Positions 55,157-64,000 of a stretch of DNA of 64,000 nt are shown here, piece after piece. The stretch covers positions 36,620 to 100,619 of IMG/VR virus record IMGVR_UViG_3300044769_000068. One strand, given 5' to 3'. The stretch's first letter is position 1; each line of letters starts with the position of its first letter. Source of the stretch: a virus. Made by a program: the position numbers and the translations under genes. Below the pieces are notes generated by a model. That model made no database searches, was not told the origin of the DNA, and saw only the letters and a program-made list of their open reading frames with translations.

Positions 55157-56223
55157 TGAATAACTATCTATTAAACAAGAAGTCGACAGGTCCTAACCGC
55201 GGCGCTGTATATTTCGCCAAAGTGCTGAGATTTTATCCTACGACTAATACGGCTGATGCTGTAGAAGCTGTAGATGGCGGCCGGACATTTCCTAACTGTC
55301 CTATATTGTGTTCTGTCCCTGCAGGTTTTGCTTACGGAACGAGATATTATCCAACGCATGACGATCAAAATACAGAAGCTGAATACGTAAATTCTCCGGG
55401 AGACATTTATTGCGTTGCGATGTACGTTGAGAATGATTATAATAGTTGCGTTATTATCGGCTTCATGTTCCCAACGCAAACAACATTGTCAATAGCGGAA
55501 TACGGTTTGCATATATTTAGACACGAATCTGATGTTATATGGATGGTTCGTGGAGATGGAACAGTGCAGATCTACCATCCAAGCGGAAGCTTCATAAAGA
55601 TTGGCGATGACGATACTAATGAGGTAGATGCCTCAAGAGCTGATGGTGGGCTTTATCCTTCCAGCACAGACGATTTATACCTCAGGCCACCAGATGACTA
55701 TAATAAGGCTAAAACTTCTAATTTATTCATTAATTGGTATAAGGGCCAGAAAGTCAAGCTTGATTCTGATGGCAATATCGTAGCCAGCACAGAGGACGCT
55801 CAGGGAGCTGTAGTTTCTAGTCTGACAATGACCCCAGATGGCAAAGTCACCGTTTTCTCAACAGATCAGGTTAATGTGAATACGAAAGATATTAACGTTA
55901 CAGCGTCAGGCAATGTTGTGGCCAATGTCATAGGCAATGCTGATATTACAGTCGAAGGTGACGTAACTGCTAATGTGACTGGCGACGCGACTGCTAATGT
56001 GACGGGTGACGCTACGGTAACTGCCAATAAGTCCAATGTCAATGCTCTTACTTCAGTCAATGTTGTCGCTACAACTATTGCTAATATCACCGGAGGTACA
56101 GGAGTCAATATTACTGCCGTCACAGGGCCTATTGTGATTTCCGCTCCAACGAACAAAGTGCTCGTGCAAGGAACGCATCCGTCAGGCTACACTGCAACCA
56201 ATTTTGGCGTGTACTACAACTAG
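55156..56223 (+). CDS. Baseplate central spike (gp5/gpV-like)
   Basis: N-terminal OB-like segment, RHESD...HPSGS motif, C-terminal V/T/N/G beta-repeat. Confidence 0.8.
   Translation: MNNYLLNKKSTGPNRGAVYFAKVLRFYPTTNTADAVEAVDGGRTFPNCPILCSVPAGFAYGTRYYPTHDDQNTEAEYVNSPGDIYCVAMYVENDYNSCVIIGFMFPTQTTLSIAEYGLHIFRHESDVIWMVRGDGTVQIYHPSGSFIKIGDDDTNEVDASRADGGLYPSSTDDLYLRPPDDYNKAKTSNLFINWYKGQKVKLDSDGNIVASTEDAQGAVVSSLTMTPDGKVTVFSTDQVNVNTKDINVTASGNVVANVIGNADITVEGDVTANVTGDATANVTGDATVTANKSNVNALTSVNVVATTIANITGGTGVNITAVTGPIVISAPTNKVLVQGTHPSGYTATNFGVYYN
55957..56028 (+). repeat. 24-nt imperfect tandem repeat encoding (GD(V/A)TANVT)n beta-helix
   Basis: ggtgacgtaactgctaatgtgact / ggcgacgcgactgctaatgtgacg / ggtgacgctac... 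Confidence 0.75.
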
Positions 56224-56234
56224 AAAGAATTTAA

Positions 56235-58985
56235 ATGGCTATATTCAATCCAAATACTAGAAATCTCATAGTGCTTTCTGTGAAGCTGCGATCTGCTGCA
56301 GAGGAAATAGACTATTTGTTTCCTTTGAATCCCAACTCTCTTACTACGAATCAAGCAAGTAGGGTGAGCGCCACATTTACGTACGGGGCTAAAGTATTCC
56401 AGAATCTTGGAGCTGGGTTGAAGACTATTTCGATTGAAGGTCATACTGGATATCGAATGGATTACGCTAAATATGGAACTCGAGGATTCACAAGTGATCT
56501 AGCTTCTGGGGCAGAAGACTTAAGTGATAAGGCCAGCCCTCAGGCTGGTAAGAAGCACTGGCTAGATTTGTACGCATTGATTCAGTTGATAAAAGGCGAA
56601 AACAAGTTTATCCGAAAATTCGCGTCTATTTCTGACACTTTCTCCGTTGATAACATCGATAATATTGAGTCAGTAAAGCTAACAGTTCCCGATCAAGGCA
56701 TTACGTATGATGTCTTACTTCAAAATGACAGTTTCTTAAGAAATAGGGAGCAACCACACCTCTACAAGTACAAGCTTGATTTCATCGTAGTGCAGGAATT
56801 TATTGGCGCTCCACGTAAGCGTGAGGAAGTATCTATTGCTCGCCCTGATTTAGGCACGACTGTTAATTTCTGCAAGAAAATGGTAAACGATCTTAAGAGC
56901 ATAAAGGATGGGATCAAAAAAGCTGTCTATGCTATTCCCTTTGCCAAAGAGGCTTTTGATCTAGTAGAAGATGGCTTCGTTTTAGCTGAGCAGTCGACAA
57001 CGTATGCAAACTTTTTCATTACACAAGCGAACTCTGCTATTTCAGATCTTCGTCGTCTCGAAAGAATGACTGACGCGGTCAATAAGGTTTCGGCTAATGT
57101 TGGGCTAATTAAGGGCGTGGTTCTGCAGCTCAAGACTTTCTCTAGTCTCCAGGCGGCATTTTACGAACCATATGTTTCTTTAAAGCATCTTAAGTCACAA
57201 TTGAATTTGCTAAAAACAGCTATGCGTGGCGAGCAAGAGCAGCTAGCTTTTAACGTTAATCTTACAAGACTTGCTTCTATATCTGCGCCGGTTACTGTTG
57301 CTGCGAATAAAGCAACGGTGGCTCAGTTTCAGAAAGATATACGTCAATTAAGCAGAATCACATTCCCTCTTCCAGTAGATCGTGTTGAGGAAATAACAAC
57401 TGACGGTGTGACTAAAATAAACGTTTTCTTTAAGACAGCTCCGTCTTCTCTGGGCGTATCTGGCATGAAGATTTTTGTTGCTAATGATTTCGGAAGCGAA
57501 AACGATCTTGTCGAATCATTTAGCGATAGCAATTTAGTAATGTCGACGAACTATAATACTTCTGGCTTCTTGTACAATTTTGTAATCGAATACAACTATA
57601 CAACTTTTGAATCAATTGTTCAGCCAAGATACAAGAGCATTAAGAGAATATTGATTCAGAAGGGCGAAACGATTGAGACTATAGTAAAGAAATACGCCGC
57701 ATCAGAAGCCAATTATTCTCAATCATATCTTTCAGAGGTGGCTTATCTTAATAGAATAGAATATCCATATGTAGTGACTTCAGACAACCCTAATTTTGAG
57801 GCCTATTTTGGTTCATATGGATACAAGATATTCACTACAAGAGGAGAGTTCCTTAGATACATAAACAACATTGACACTACGATATACAACAGCGTAGATC
57901 TTCCTGTCTACGATGTGACGGACTCTCTTGCGTCAAACTATATTGATCTTGATGATCCAGCAAAATTCTTATTGCAACAGCAAGAGTTGATCGACCAGAT
58001 AAGAATAGAGCCAAACACGAAATTTTTTGTACTGCTGTTTAAAGAAACATATTCTAATAGATGCTACGCGCTATTTGGAATCTTTAACTCGACAAATGCG
58101 CTCCCGTATAAATTGTTCAACGCTGATTCCTATGTGATTTGCGCTCTAGAAAAGGGCAGATCTTACGATGTTGATAACAATGCTTTATTTGAGATATTGA
58201 GCCCGTATACTGCGACGGGTGACTTAGTTGAATATTATGGGCAAACTGCGTATTTTGAAACACTTACCGATACGCTGTTCAATAATTTAGTTTCTGTAAT
58301 AGATCAAATCTATATCGCGAATGTAGGTTCTTTCGTGCAAGTGGGTTCGTTCCCATTCACTCAAGACGACAAGACGTTCCTATCTGGTGATTTAGACAAT
58401 GCTAATTACGTTATTTTAACAAACTTTACAGCAGCTGGGGCGTTAGCTTACAGTGAATATTCAATCGCCGCTTTTAGCGTTTACAAGATATTGACAGATG
58501 GACAAGAAATTCTTCTTCCTTCTTTGGAGAATACATTCTTGCCGTTTACAGAAGCTTTTTCTAGAGAAGACACATACAAGGTTGATCTTGATGTAAGATT
58601 CCATTATCTTGATGATGTACATGTGTCTATTCTGCCTCGCCCTGATCTTGGCCCGGGCCCTAATGGATACGAGCAAGGCTATCTAGATTTCAGATTGATT
58701 AGCGGATTAGACAACATAAAGCAAGCTATTATGAATAGATTAGAATGCCCTCAGGGTGGACTAATTTTACATCGTGATTACGGTTTGCCTGTTTTACTTG
58801 GCAAGAAAAACACTCTTGAGCACCTCATACTGTTGAGGTACAATTTGTTCAATCAGCTCATGTCAGACTTGCGCGTAAGATCTGTAGACGATATGCAACT
58901 AAAGAGCGTAGCGGATTATATAAACGCTCAGGCATCTATTACGCTTGTTAATAACGATGAAACAATTGTTAAGACTACTCTATAA
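56235..58985 (+). CDS. Multidomain baseplate protein (tube-initiator-like N-terminus, LysM-like middle, gp25-like C-terminus)
   Basis: FPLNPNSL..ISIEGHTG; IQKGETIETIV..LNRIEYPY; SGLDNIKQAIMNRLECPQG...HRDYG. Confidence 0.68.
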   Translation: MAIFNPNTRNLIVLSVKLRSAAEEIDYLFPLNPNSLTTNQASRVSATFTYGAKVFQNLGAGLKTISIEGHTGYRMDYAKYGTRGFTSDLASGAEDLSDKASPQAGKKHWLDLYALIQLIKGENKFIRKFASISDTFSVDNIDNIESVKLTVPDQGITYDVLLQNDSFLRNREQPHLYKYKLDFIVVQEFIGAPRKREEVSIARPDLGTTVNFCKKMVNDLKSIKDGIKKAVYAIPFAKEAFDLVEDGFVLAEQSTTYANFFITQANSAISDLRRLERMTDAVNKVSANVGLIKGVVLQLKTFSSLQAAFYEPYVSLKHLKSQLNLLKTAMRGEQEQLAFNVNLTRLASISAPVTVAANKATVAQFQKDIRQLSRITFPLPVDRVEEITTDGVTKINVFFKTAPSSLGVSGMKIFVANDFGSENDLVESFSDSNLVMSTNYNTSGFLYNFVIEYNYTTFESIVQPRYKSIKRILIQKGETIETIVKKYAASEANYSQSYLSEVAYLNRIEYPYVVTSDNPNFEAYFGSYGYKIFTTRGEFLRYINNIDTTIYNSVDLPVYDVTDSLASNYIDLDDPAKFLLQQQELIDQIRIEPNTKFFVLLFKETYSNRCYALFGIFNSTNALPYKLFNADSYVICALEKGRSYDVDNNALFEILSPYTATGDLVEYYGQTAYFETLTDTLFNNLVSVIDQIYIANVGSFVQVGSFPFTQDDKTFLSGDLDNANYVILTNFTAAGALAYSEYSIAAFSVYKILTDGQEILLPSLENTFLPFTEAFSREDTYKVDLDVRFHYLDDVHVSILPRPDLGPGPNGYEQGYLDFRLISGLDNIKQAIMNRLECPQGGLILHRDYGLPVLLGKKNTLEHLILLRYNLFNQLMSDLRVRSVDDMQLKSVADYINAQASITLVNNDETIVKTTL

Positions 58986-58994
58986 GAGGATGAA

Positions 58995-60866
58995 ATGACT
59001 GTACAAATCAAGAACGCTGATACGATAAAGACTGACTTCATTAATTTTCTGCGGTCAGCTATAGAAGAGAATGGCGGTCCTAACGTCACTGACTATAACA
59101 TAGGCAGCGTTTTGAACGTCTTAGTGGAGGCGTTTTCAGATGTCCTCGAGAACTATTACTATGATCTCTTTCAAGTTACAAGAGATTCGTTGGAGAATAT
59201 TTACAACGGTTTCAACTTCTTTAAGCAGCCGGGCAAGAAAGCCTTAGTTGAGCTGGCGGTTTATATCGATGCGGATCCGGGCAATTTGGACGTTAATGTG
59301 TTTTCAATTCCTAGAGGCACTAAAATATCGACGGACGACGGTACGGTTGTCTTTGAAATTATTGACGACTATATTCAACCCACTCAAGTGTCCGGTTCGG
59401 GAGAATTCACAGGCAAGACAGAGTACTTTGCGCATGCGACATGCACTGAGACTGGTACAAGTGGCAACGTAGCTGCCAATGCATTGACAAAATTTGATTC
59501 TACTATCGTCAACATAAACGGGGTAGCTTATTGGATTAGACACTCCTCAGCTTCTGGTGGCGCCGATTCGGAATCAGAAGAAAATATGAAGCTGAGATTT
59601 CAGAAATATCTTATATCTCTTAGGAGAGGCACAAAAGAGTCTCTTGAATATGCTTTGGCAACAAACGCGGCTTTCTCAGGACTTATGTATTCTATAAGCG
59701 GTTTTAGATTCCTGTATTTAGTAAAGCAGCCGTATCAGTCTGTTGGTACAAATAATTATCCTGACGATTTGACTCTTTCTAATAAATTCTATCCGTCGTA
59801 CACCTTATTTACAAACGACGACTCGTTTAGTAGAGAGCCTTTTTATCTATATGTAGGCGCTGACGAAAAATTCTTTAATCTTCTGTTCTCGACGCAGACA
59901 GTGCCAGACGACCCTAATCCAGATGCTAACCCTGTTCAAGCGGCAGCCGATGGTCCTGCTGGCTATAAGATAATTGGAATCAATGCTCCTGATTACGCTG
60001 TGGGCAATCCGGGCGGCTATACTCCTGTGAACGGAGGCATAGAATATTACGACGTCATAACACAGACTTGGGAGCAATTGGACGTGTTAAACGTCACTTT
60101 GTCCGGCGTTGATTGGTACGAATTGATTCCTGAGCAATATTTGTCTTGGACGCTAGATACAACCAGATGGGGCAAGTATCAAATTAGAGATTATAACGCA
60201 TATTTCATAAGAATAAATATGCGAAAAGCCCATGCGGGTCAATTAAATCTAGACGTCTACAAGATTATGACGTATCCATTTCCTGGCTATATTGATGTCT
60301 ATTGCTTAAAGAACTATAGGGATTCAGTTACTACAGCGGATAAGACGCTGATTACAGAATCTATTGACAACTATAAAGCTGCGGGCGTAATAACTACCGT
60401 TTCGCCAGCCACAGTTGTTCAGATGCATCCAATGATTATTATACACACTAGTGATCTCACTAATTCGCTAATACCATCTGATATAGTAGACAACATTAGG
60501 GCAGATGTTATAGCGTTTTCTAACACAAAAAATATTAGTGCAGATTTTGTTAGAAATGAACTTTACGCATATTTGTATCAAAGGTATAATCAATACGGCA
60601 ATCTCTACATATATTACAGATATGATCCCTCTATATACGAGGACATAACCAACGAAGTGTTTAAAGAGGGGTTTAAAGATCAAGTTTTAGACGCGTCTAT
60701 AAATGAAAAGATTGACTTATTGCTGTCTGACATTTACGTCGTTCGCAATTTGAATGCTTTAGTCAACACATTTACTGACTACCAATACTATGATAGCGCT
60801 CCAAATTATAGTAATTACTATAAAGATCCTGGTGCATCTGCACTGGATACATTCACTGCTTACTAA
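58995..60866 (+). CDS. Baseplate J-like wedge protein
   Basis: DYNIGSV..LVEA, IPRGT, TGTSGNV, GGADSESEE...RF, KAAGV. Confidence 0.88.
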   Translation: MTVQIKNADTIKTDFINFLRSAIEENGGPNVTDYNIGSVLNVLVEAFSDVLENYYYDLFQVTRDSLENIYNGFNFFKQPGKKALVELAVYIDADPGNLDVNVFSIPRGTKISTDDGTVVFEIIDDYIQPTQVSGSGEFTGKTEYFAHATCTETGTSGNVAANALTKFDSTIVNINGVAYWIRHSSASGGADSESEENMKLRFQKYLISLRRGTKESLEYALATNAAFSGLMYSISGFRFLYLVKQPYQSVGTNNYPDDLTLSNKFYPSYTLFTNDDSFSREPFYLYVGADEKFFNLLFSTQTVPDDPNPDANPVQAAADGPAGYKIIGINAPDYAVGNPGGYTPVNGGIEYYDVITQTWEQLDVLNVTLSGVDWYELIPEQYLSWTLDTTRWGKYQIRDYNAYFIRINMRKAHAGQLNLDVYKIMTYPFPGYIDVYCLKNYRDSVTTADKTLITESIDNYKAAGVITTVSPATVVQMHPMIIIHTSDLTNSLIPSDIVDNIRADVIAFSNTKNISADFVRNELYAYLYQRYNQYGNLYIYYRYDPSIYEDITNEVFKEGFKDQVLDASINEKIDLLLSDIYVVRNLNALVNTFTDYQYYDSAPNYSNYYKDPGASALDTFTAY

Positions 60867-60878
60867 GAGAGGAATAAG

Positions 60879-62348
60879 ATGTCAACAACGGGCACTAAAG
60901 TATTTAGAGAAATAGCAGCGGCTAAACGGCCTTATTTATTTTTTGCCGATCAAGTGCGGGCAGTTGCTGGCGGTCAAGGATACATAAACAATTCTCTAGA
61001 AGGCACAGAGTGCGATGCTGATGATACGGGCACGGGACAGCTTGTTAAGAGTTTCGGCACTTTTTTCCCTAATTGGCATTTTTATGATTTTTCAGGCGGC
61101 GCCTCGACGGGAATCTCTGCGGTATCTATAGCAAATGGTGTTTGTACAGTAATTGCGACGGGAACAATAGCGGCGTACTCAGGCACTTTATCTGCGGGCG
61201 ATATCATTTCTATAAATGGTGTCACATGGGATACGACGCATCCATTCATAAACGGCGCGTGGGTTATAAAGTCTCTGACGACAACGAGTGTTTTGAACGA
61301 TACGATTACGTTTGAAATAGATTTCTTTGACACTATTGCTAATTATACTGGCTTGTTAGGCGGTTCTTTCATAATCGCGGGACCCACGTTTGAAATTAGG
61401 GATAACAGAGCTACTAGTGATGCTAAAGGAATGAGTTGCACGTCACTATTATTCACGCCTATGGAATGCTATAGAGTAAGTACACTTAGCCCGACGTATA
61501 AGAGAGTGCTCCCTTCAGACTTATACACAAGATTTAAGTTTCAAACAGGTTCGGCTGCAGTGCCGCAAGGCGGGATAAACTCTAATTTGTTCAGTTCAGA
61601 GCTCGCGGACACTTCTGGCAATCCTGTTAAGCCAATTTTGTGGGCATACTTTTTTGGATATAACAGCGAAGTTGTCCCTGGCAACATATTCGAGATTGTG
61701 TTTAATTCGTATGCGGTAGTATTGCGGCCTTCTGGTAGTGGTTCTAACTTAGAATTCGCAATTGTAAAGTTTAGCTGGGGCACAGATCCCGGTACTGCTA
61801 CAAATCTTACGTCTTTGACGCCTCAATTTGCTAAATACACTGTCCCGAATACCGCTCAAGGGACAGATCTGGGCTACTTGATCTCAACCAATCCTTCAAT
61901 TGGTACAGACAAAGTAACAGAGCTCGCGGTGTCAGACTCGTTTACTTATGACTCAGAGTTTCCCGCTAAGTTTAACTTGAAAATAACGATCAGAAAGCAC
62001 CTGTTGTCAGATTCAGTACTTGATGGCACTTATCTGGTTAATTTAATGATTAGTGATAATTATGAAGCTTTTGGTCCCGGCAAGCATTACGATACAGTAT
62101 TACATGCGTATATTACGAAACCAACGCCGTTGTACAGCGTGGTTACTGGCTCTTATCCACACGATGCTATGTTAATGCCAATGGTATATTTCAAGTTCGT
62201 CAATATAGATGCTAACTATGTTAACGCCGAATCGCCTTTCGCTAATCCGCCATATCCCGGATCAAGCAAGATTATTCAGGACAACTTGTTTTACAGACAA
62301 ATCAACTCTGCCGCGCTAAATACTGCAGGAAAATCATATCTTTATTAA
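60879..62348 (+). CDS. Hypothetical virion (baseplate/fibre) protein
   Basis: 489 aa, T/S/G/F-rich, within the baseplate cluster. Confidence 0.6.
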   Translation: MSTTGTKVFREIAAAKRPYLFFADQVRAVAGGQGYINNSLEGTECDADDTGTGQLVKSFGTFFPNWHFYDFSGGASTGISAVSIANGVCTVIATGTIAAYSGTLSAGDIISINGVTWDTTHPFINGAWVIKSLTTTSVLNDTITFEIDFFDTIANYTGLLGGSFIIAGPTFEIRDNRATSDAKGMSCTSLLFTPMECYRVSTLSPTYKRVLPSDLYTRFKFQTGSAAVPQGGINSNLFSSELADTSGNPVKPILWAYFFGYNSEVVPGNIFEIVFNSYAVVLRPSGSGSNLEFAIVKFSWGTDPGTATNLTSLTPQFAKYTVPNTAQGTDLGYLISTNPSIGTDKVTELAVSDSFTYDSEFPAKFNLKITIRKHLLSDSVLDGTYLVNLMISDNYEAFGPGKHYDTVLHAYITKPTPLYSVVTGSYPHDAMLMPMVYFKFVNIDANYVNAESPFANPPYPGSSKIIQDNLFYRQINSAALNTAGKSYLY

Positions 62349-62359
62349 GAGGTTATAAT

Positions 62360-63076
62360 ATGTCACAGCTATTTAAAAACAACGCAAAATCCAGACTGGC
62401 TAGTTCTATTGCGGCTGATGGGTTGTCATTTACAGTGACTACAGGCGAGGGAGATTTGTTCCCTGTAATGACTGCAGATGATCACCTTCTTGTGACGTTT
62501 GAGAACTCTTCCGGCGGCAAAGAAATAGTTAGGGTCAGTGCCAGATCAGGTGACGATTTTACTATTGCAGGTGACCCAATAGCTGCTGAGCTGCCAATAG
62601 CAGGCAGAGGCCGGGAAGGCACTGTTGCAAGAGGCTTTTCTGCCGAAGATTTAGTTGAGCTCAGATTAACTGCGGGCTTTATAGACGCTCTTAAAGAGGG
62701 CTCTATAGTGTTTGTTGTTGACGGTGGAGGGTCTGCTATCACGACTGGCTTGAAAGGTTGGATTGAGGCACCTTTTAGCGGGACCATAAAGAGTGCTAAA
62801 TTATTTGCCGATGAGATATCGGGTTCAGTAAGCGTCGACATTTATAAGTCTACTTACGACAACTATCCGTTTTCCGCTCCGGCCGACGTAGCCGAACTCA
62901 TATCAACGGGCTTAGATATATCTTCCGGCTATAAAGCTAGATTTAACGACTTAACAGCTACCGGCGCTAATTGGGTGCAACGCAATTTTCTTAAAGGCGA
63001 CATATTTATCTTTGATATCGCAGCTTGTTCTGGCTTTACAAAACTCACAGTGTCGTTGACGGTGGATAGATACTAA
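62360..63076 (+). CDS. Tail-fibre-associated structural protein
   Basis: FKNNA.S.L, EIVRV.AR.GD, RG.EGT pattern common at fibre N-termini. Confidence 0.6.
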   Translation: MSQLFKNNAKSRLASSIAADGLSFTVTTGEGDLFPVMTADDHLLVTFENSSGGKEIVRVSARSGDDFTIAGDPIAAELPIAGRGREGTVARGFSAEDLVELRLTAGFIDALKEGSIVFVVDGGGSAITTGLKGWIEAPFSGTIKSAKLFADEISGSVSVDIYKSTYDNYPFSAPADVAELISTGLDISSGYKARFNDLTATGANWVQRNFLKGDIFIFDIAACSGFTKLTVSLTVDRY

Positions 63077-63079
63077 GTC

Positions 63080-63403
63080 ATGTTTAATTTTCACGCAGTA
63101 AATACAGCCGAGGTAAATGCTACTTCTCAAGCGCCTGCGCCTCCTGTGTTGACTATAAATACTGCGGAAGACTCAAACTTGCTTTCATGGACGTCGCCAT
63201 ATTTTACTGATTTCTTTGCTATTTACTGGTCTAAGAAACCCTTTGCTAGTTCAGACGAGCGAGGAGTCAGGACTATTATAGAAAGCATTCCTTCTCCCGC
63301 TGACAACGCAGTTGAAGAAGTCTCATATACTCATGTAATACCTGCTTCATATAGTCTTTCAGTTCTTTATTACAGAGTAGACGCTTACAATAGGAACAGT
63401 TAA
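63080..63403 (+). CDS. Hypothetical protein (FnIII/Ig-like strand pattern)
   Basis: LSWT...AIYWS...YTH...YYRVDAYN. Confidence 0.6.
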   Translation: MFNFHAVNTAEVNATSQAPAPPVLTINTAEDSNLLSWTSPYFTDFFAIYWSKKPFASSDERGVRTIIESIPSPADNAVEEVSYTHVIPASYSLSVLYYRVDAYNRNS

Positions 63404-64000
63404 TGACTCTTTCAAATCAAGTCACAAACTATAACTTCAAGCTAGCTATCTATGAAGAGATTTATCAGAAGACTTTGGATGATCTTCTTCTTAGATTCAC
63501 GCCTGAAATTAGACGTCAGTATGAAGAGTCAGAGCTCTGGAAATCATTCGTAGAATCTCTAGCATCTGAATTAGCTCAAGGCAGATTCGAAATAAAAGAG
63601 GCTCTAAAGCAACTAAATGTTCAAAAAGCTATAGATGTCTTTTTGAACTTGTGGGACAGCATTACAGGTATTTCTAGGGCTAATGTGTTTAATCCAGTTA
63701 CGGGTGCGATGGAACTAGAAACAGATGAACAATATCGGCAGAGAATAGTAGACAATGTTTTCTGGGATAAAATTTCAAATCTAGCTTTGAAGAAGACAAT
63801 GCTTCTCAAGCTTGGCATCGACGCGGACGTATTGGACGCTGGAATGGACGCCACAAATTTCAAGACTATTCCTGAAAGATCTGTGTCTAAGCACTCTGCT
63901 AATCACGCACCAGTATTTTTGCCGGGCAAAACAGTAAACTTTTATAAGCTAGGCCCTAACGGTCAAGCGACAGTTGTTTCGGACGATGGTACTACGTTAA
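63403..64000 (+). CDS. Baseplate wedge protein (P2 gpI-like), truncated by the window end
   Basis: ATG overlapping TAA at 63403; open to the end; LNLWDSITGISR...ETDEQYRQRI motif; not in the ORF track. Confidence 0.78.
   Translation, partial: MTLSNQVTNYNFKLAIYEEIYQKTLDDLLLRFTPEIRRQYEESELWKSFVESLASELAQGRFEIKEALKQLNVQKAIDVFLNLWDSITGISRANVFNPVTGAMELETDEQYRQRIVDNVFWDKISNLALKKTMLLKLGIDADVLDAGMDATNFKTIPERSVSKHSANHAPVFLPGKTVNFYKLGPNGQATVVSDDGTTL

Noticed and set aside
1-64000. Stop-codon reassignment, as seen in some large phages
   Set aside because: Standard-code ORFs tile the window with tight overlaps, and TAA, TGA and TAG all end genes at sensible positions.
1-64000. Presence of GGATCC and GAATTC sites as evidence of protected DNA
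   Set aside because: The host's restriction systems are unknown and I cannot compute observed/expected counts, so this says nothing reliable about modification.

Overview
This window is 64 kb of a large, densely coded contractile-tailed (myovirus-type) dsDNA phage genome. It uses the standard genetic code, and I found no tRNA, rRNA or CRISPR array. It has two divergent arms that switch strand at about 35.8 kb. The minus arm (1-35.7 kb) carries putative terS, a Vsr-like nuclease, terL, portal, a GT17 glycosyltransferase, gp32-like SSB, RecA, a sigma factor, a flap nuclease, SbcCD, primase, class II RNR, a large pyrimidine-nucleotide metabolism block, two DNA-polymerase-family genes, a DnaB helicase, a lytic transglycosylase and an FkbM methyltransferase. 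The plus arm (36-64 kb) is a Herelleviridae-like morphogenesis operon: protease, scaffold, MCP, neck, sheath, tube, chaperones, tape measure and baseplate. Most unusual content: (1) a membrane-anchored protein with two CxxCH motifs (c-type cytochrome) translationally coupled inside the head/neck operon; (2) a candidate non-canonical pyrimidine pathway (kinase/thymidylate-synthase-fold fusion with Asp at the base-specificity position, a second divergent ThyX, a UGM-like flavoprotein, a degenerate dUTPase-HAD fusion) wrapped around a UDG-DnaE fusion and a thumb-less PolA-like protein; (3) two low-complexity head proteins built of repeated K[S/A] modules that look like protease-processed polyproteins; (4) smaller regulatory signals: an RBS-occluding hairpin with a promoter-like motif in its loop, a probable +1 frameshift, and a recurring TAATTTA motif. 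All family assignments come from reading motifs by eye; no searches were run.
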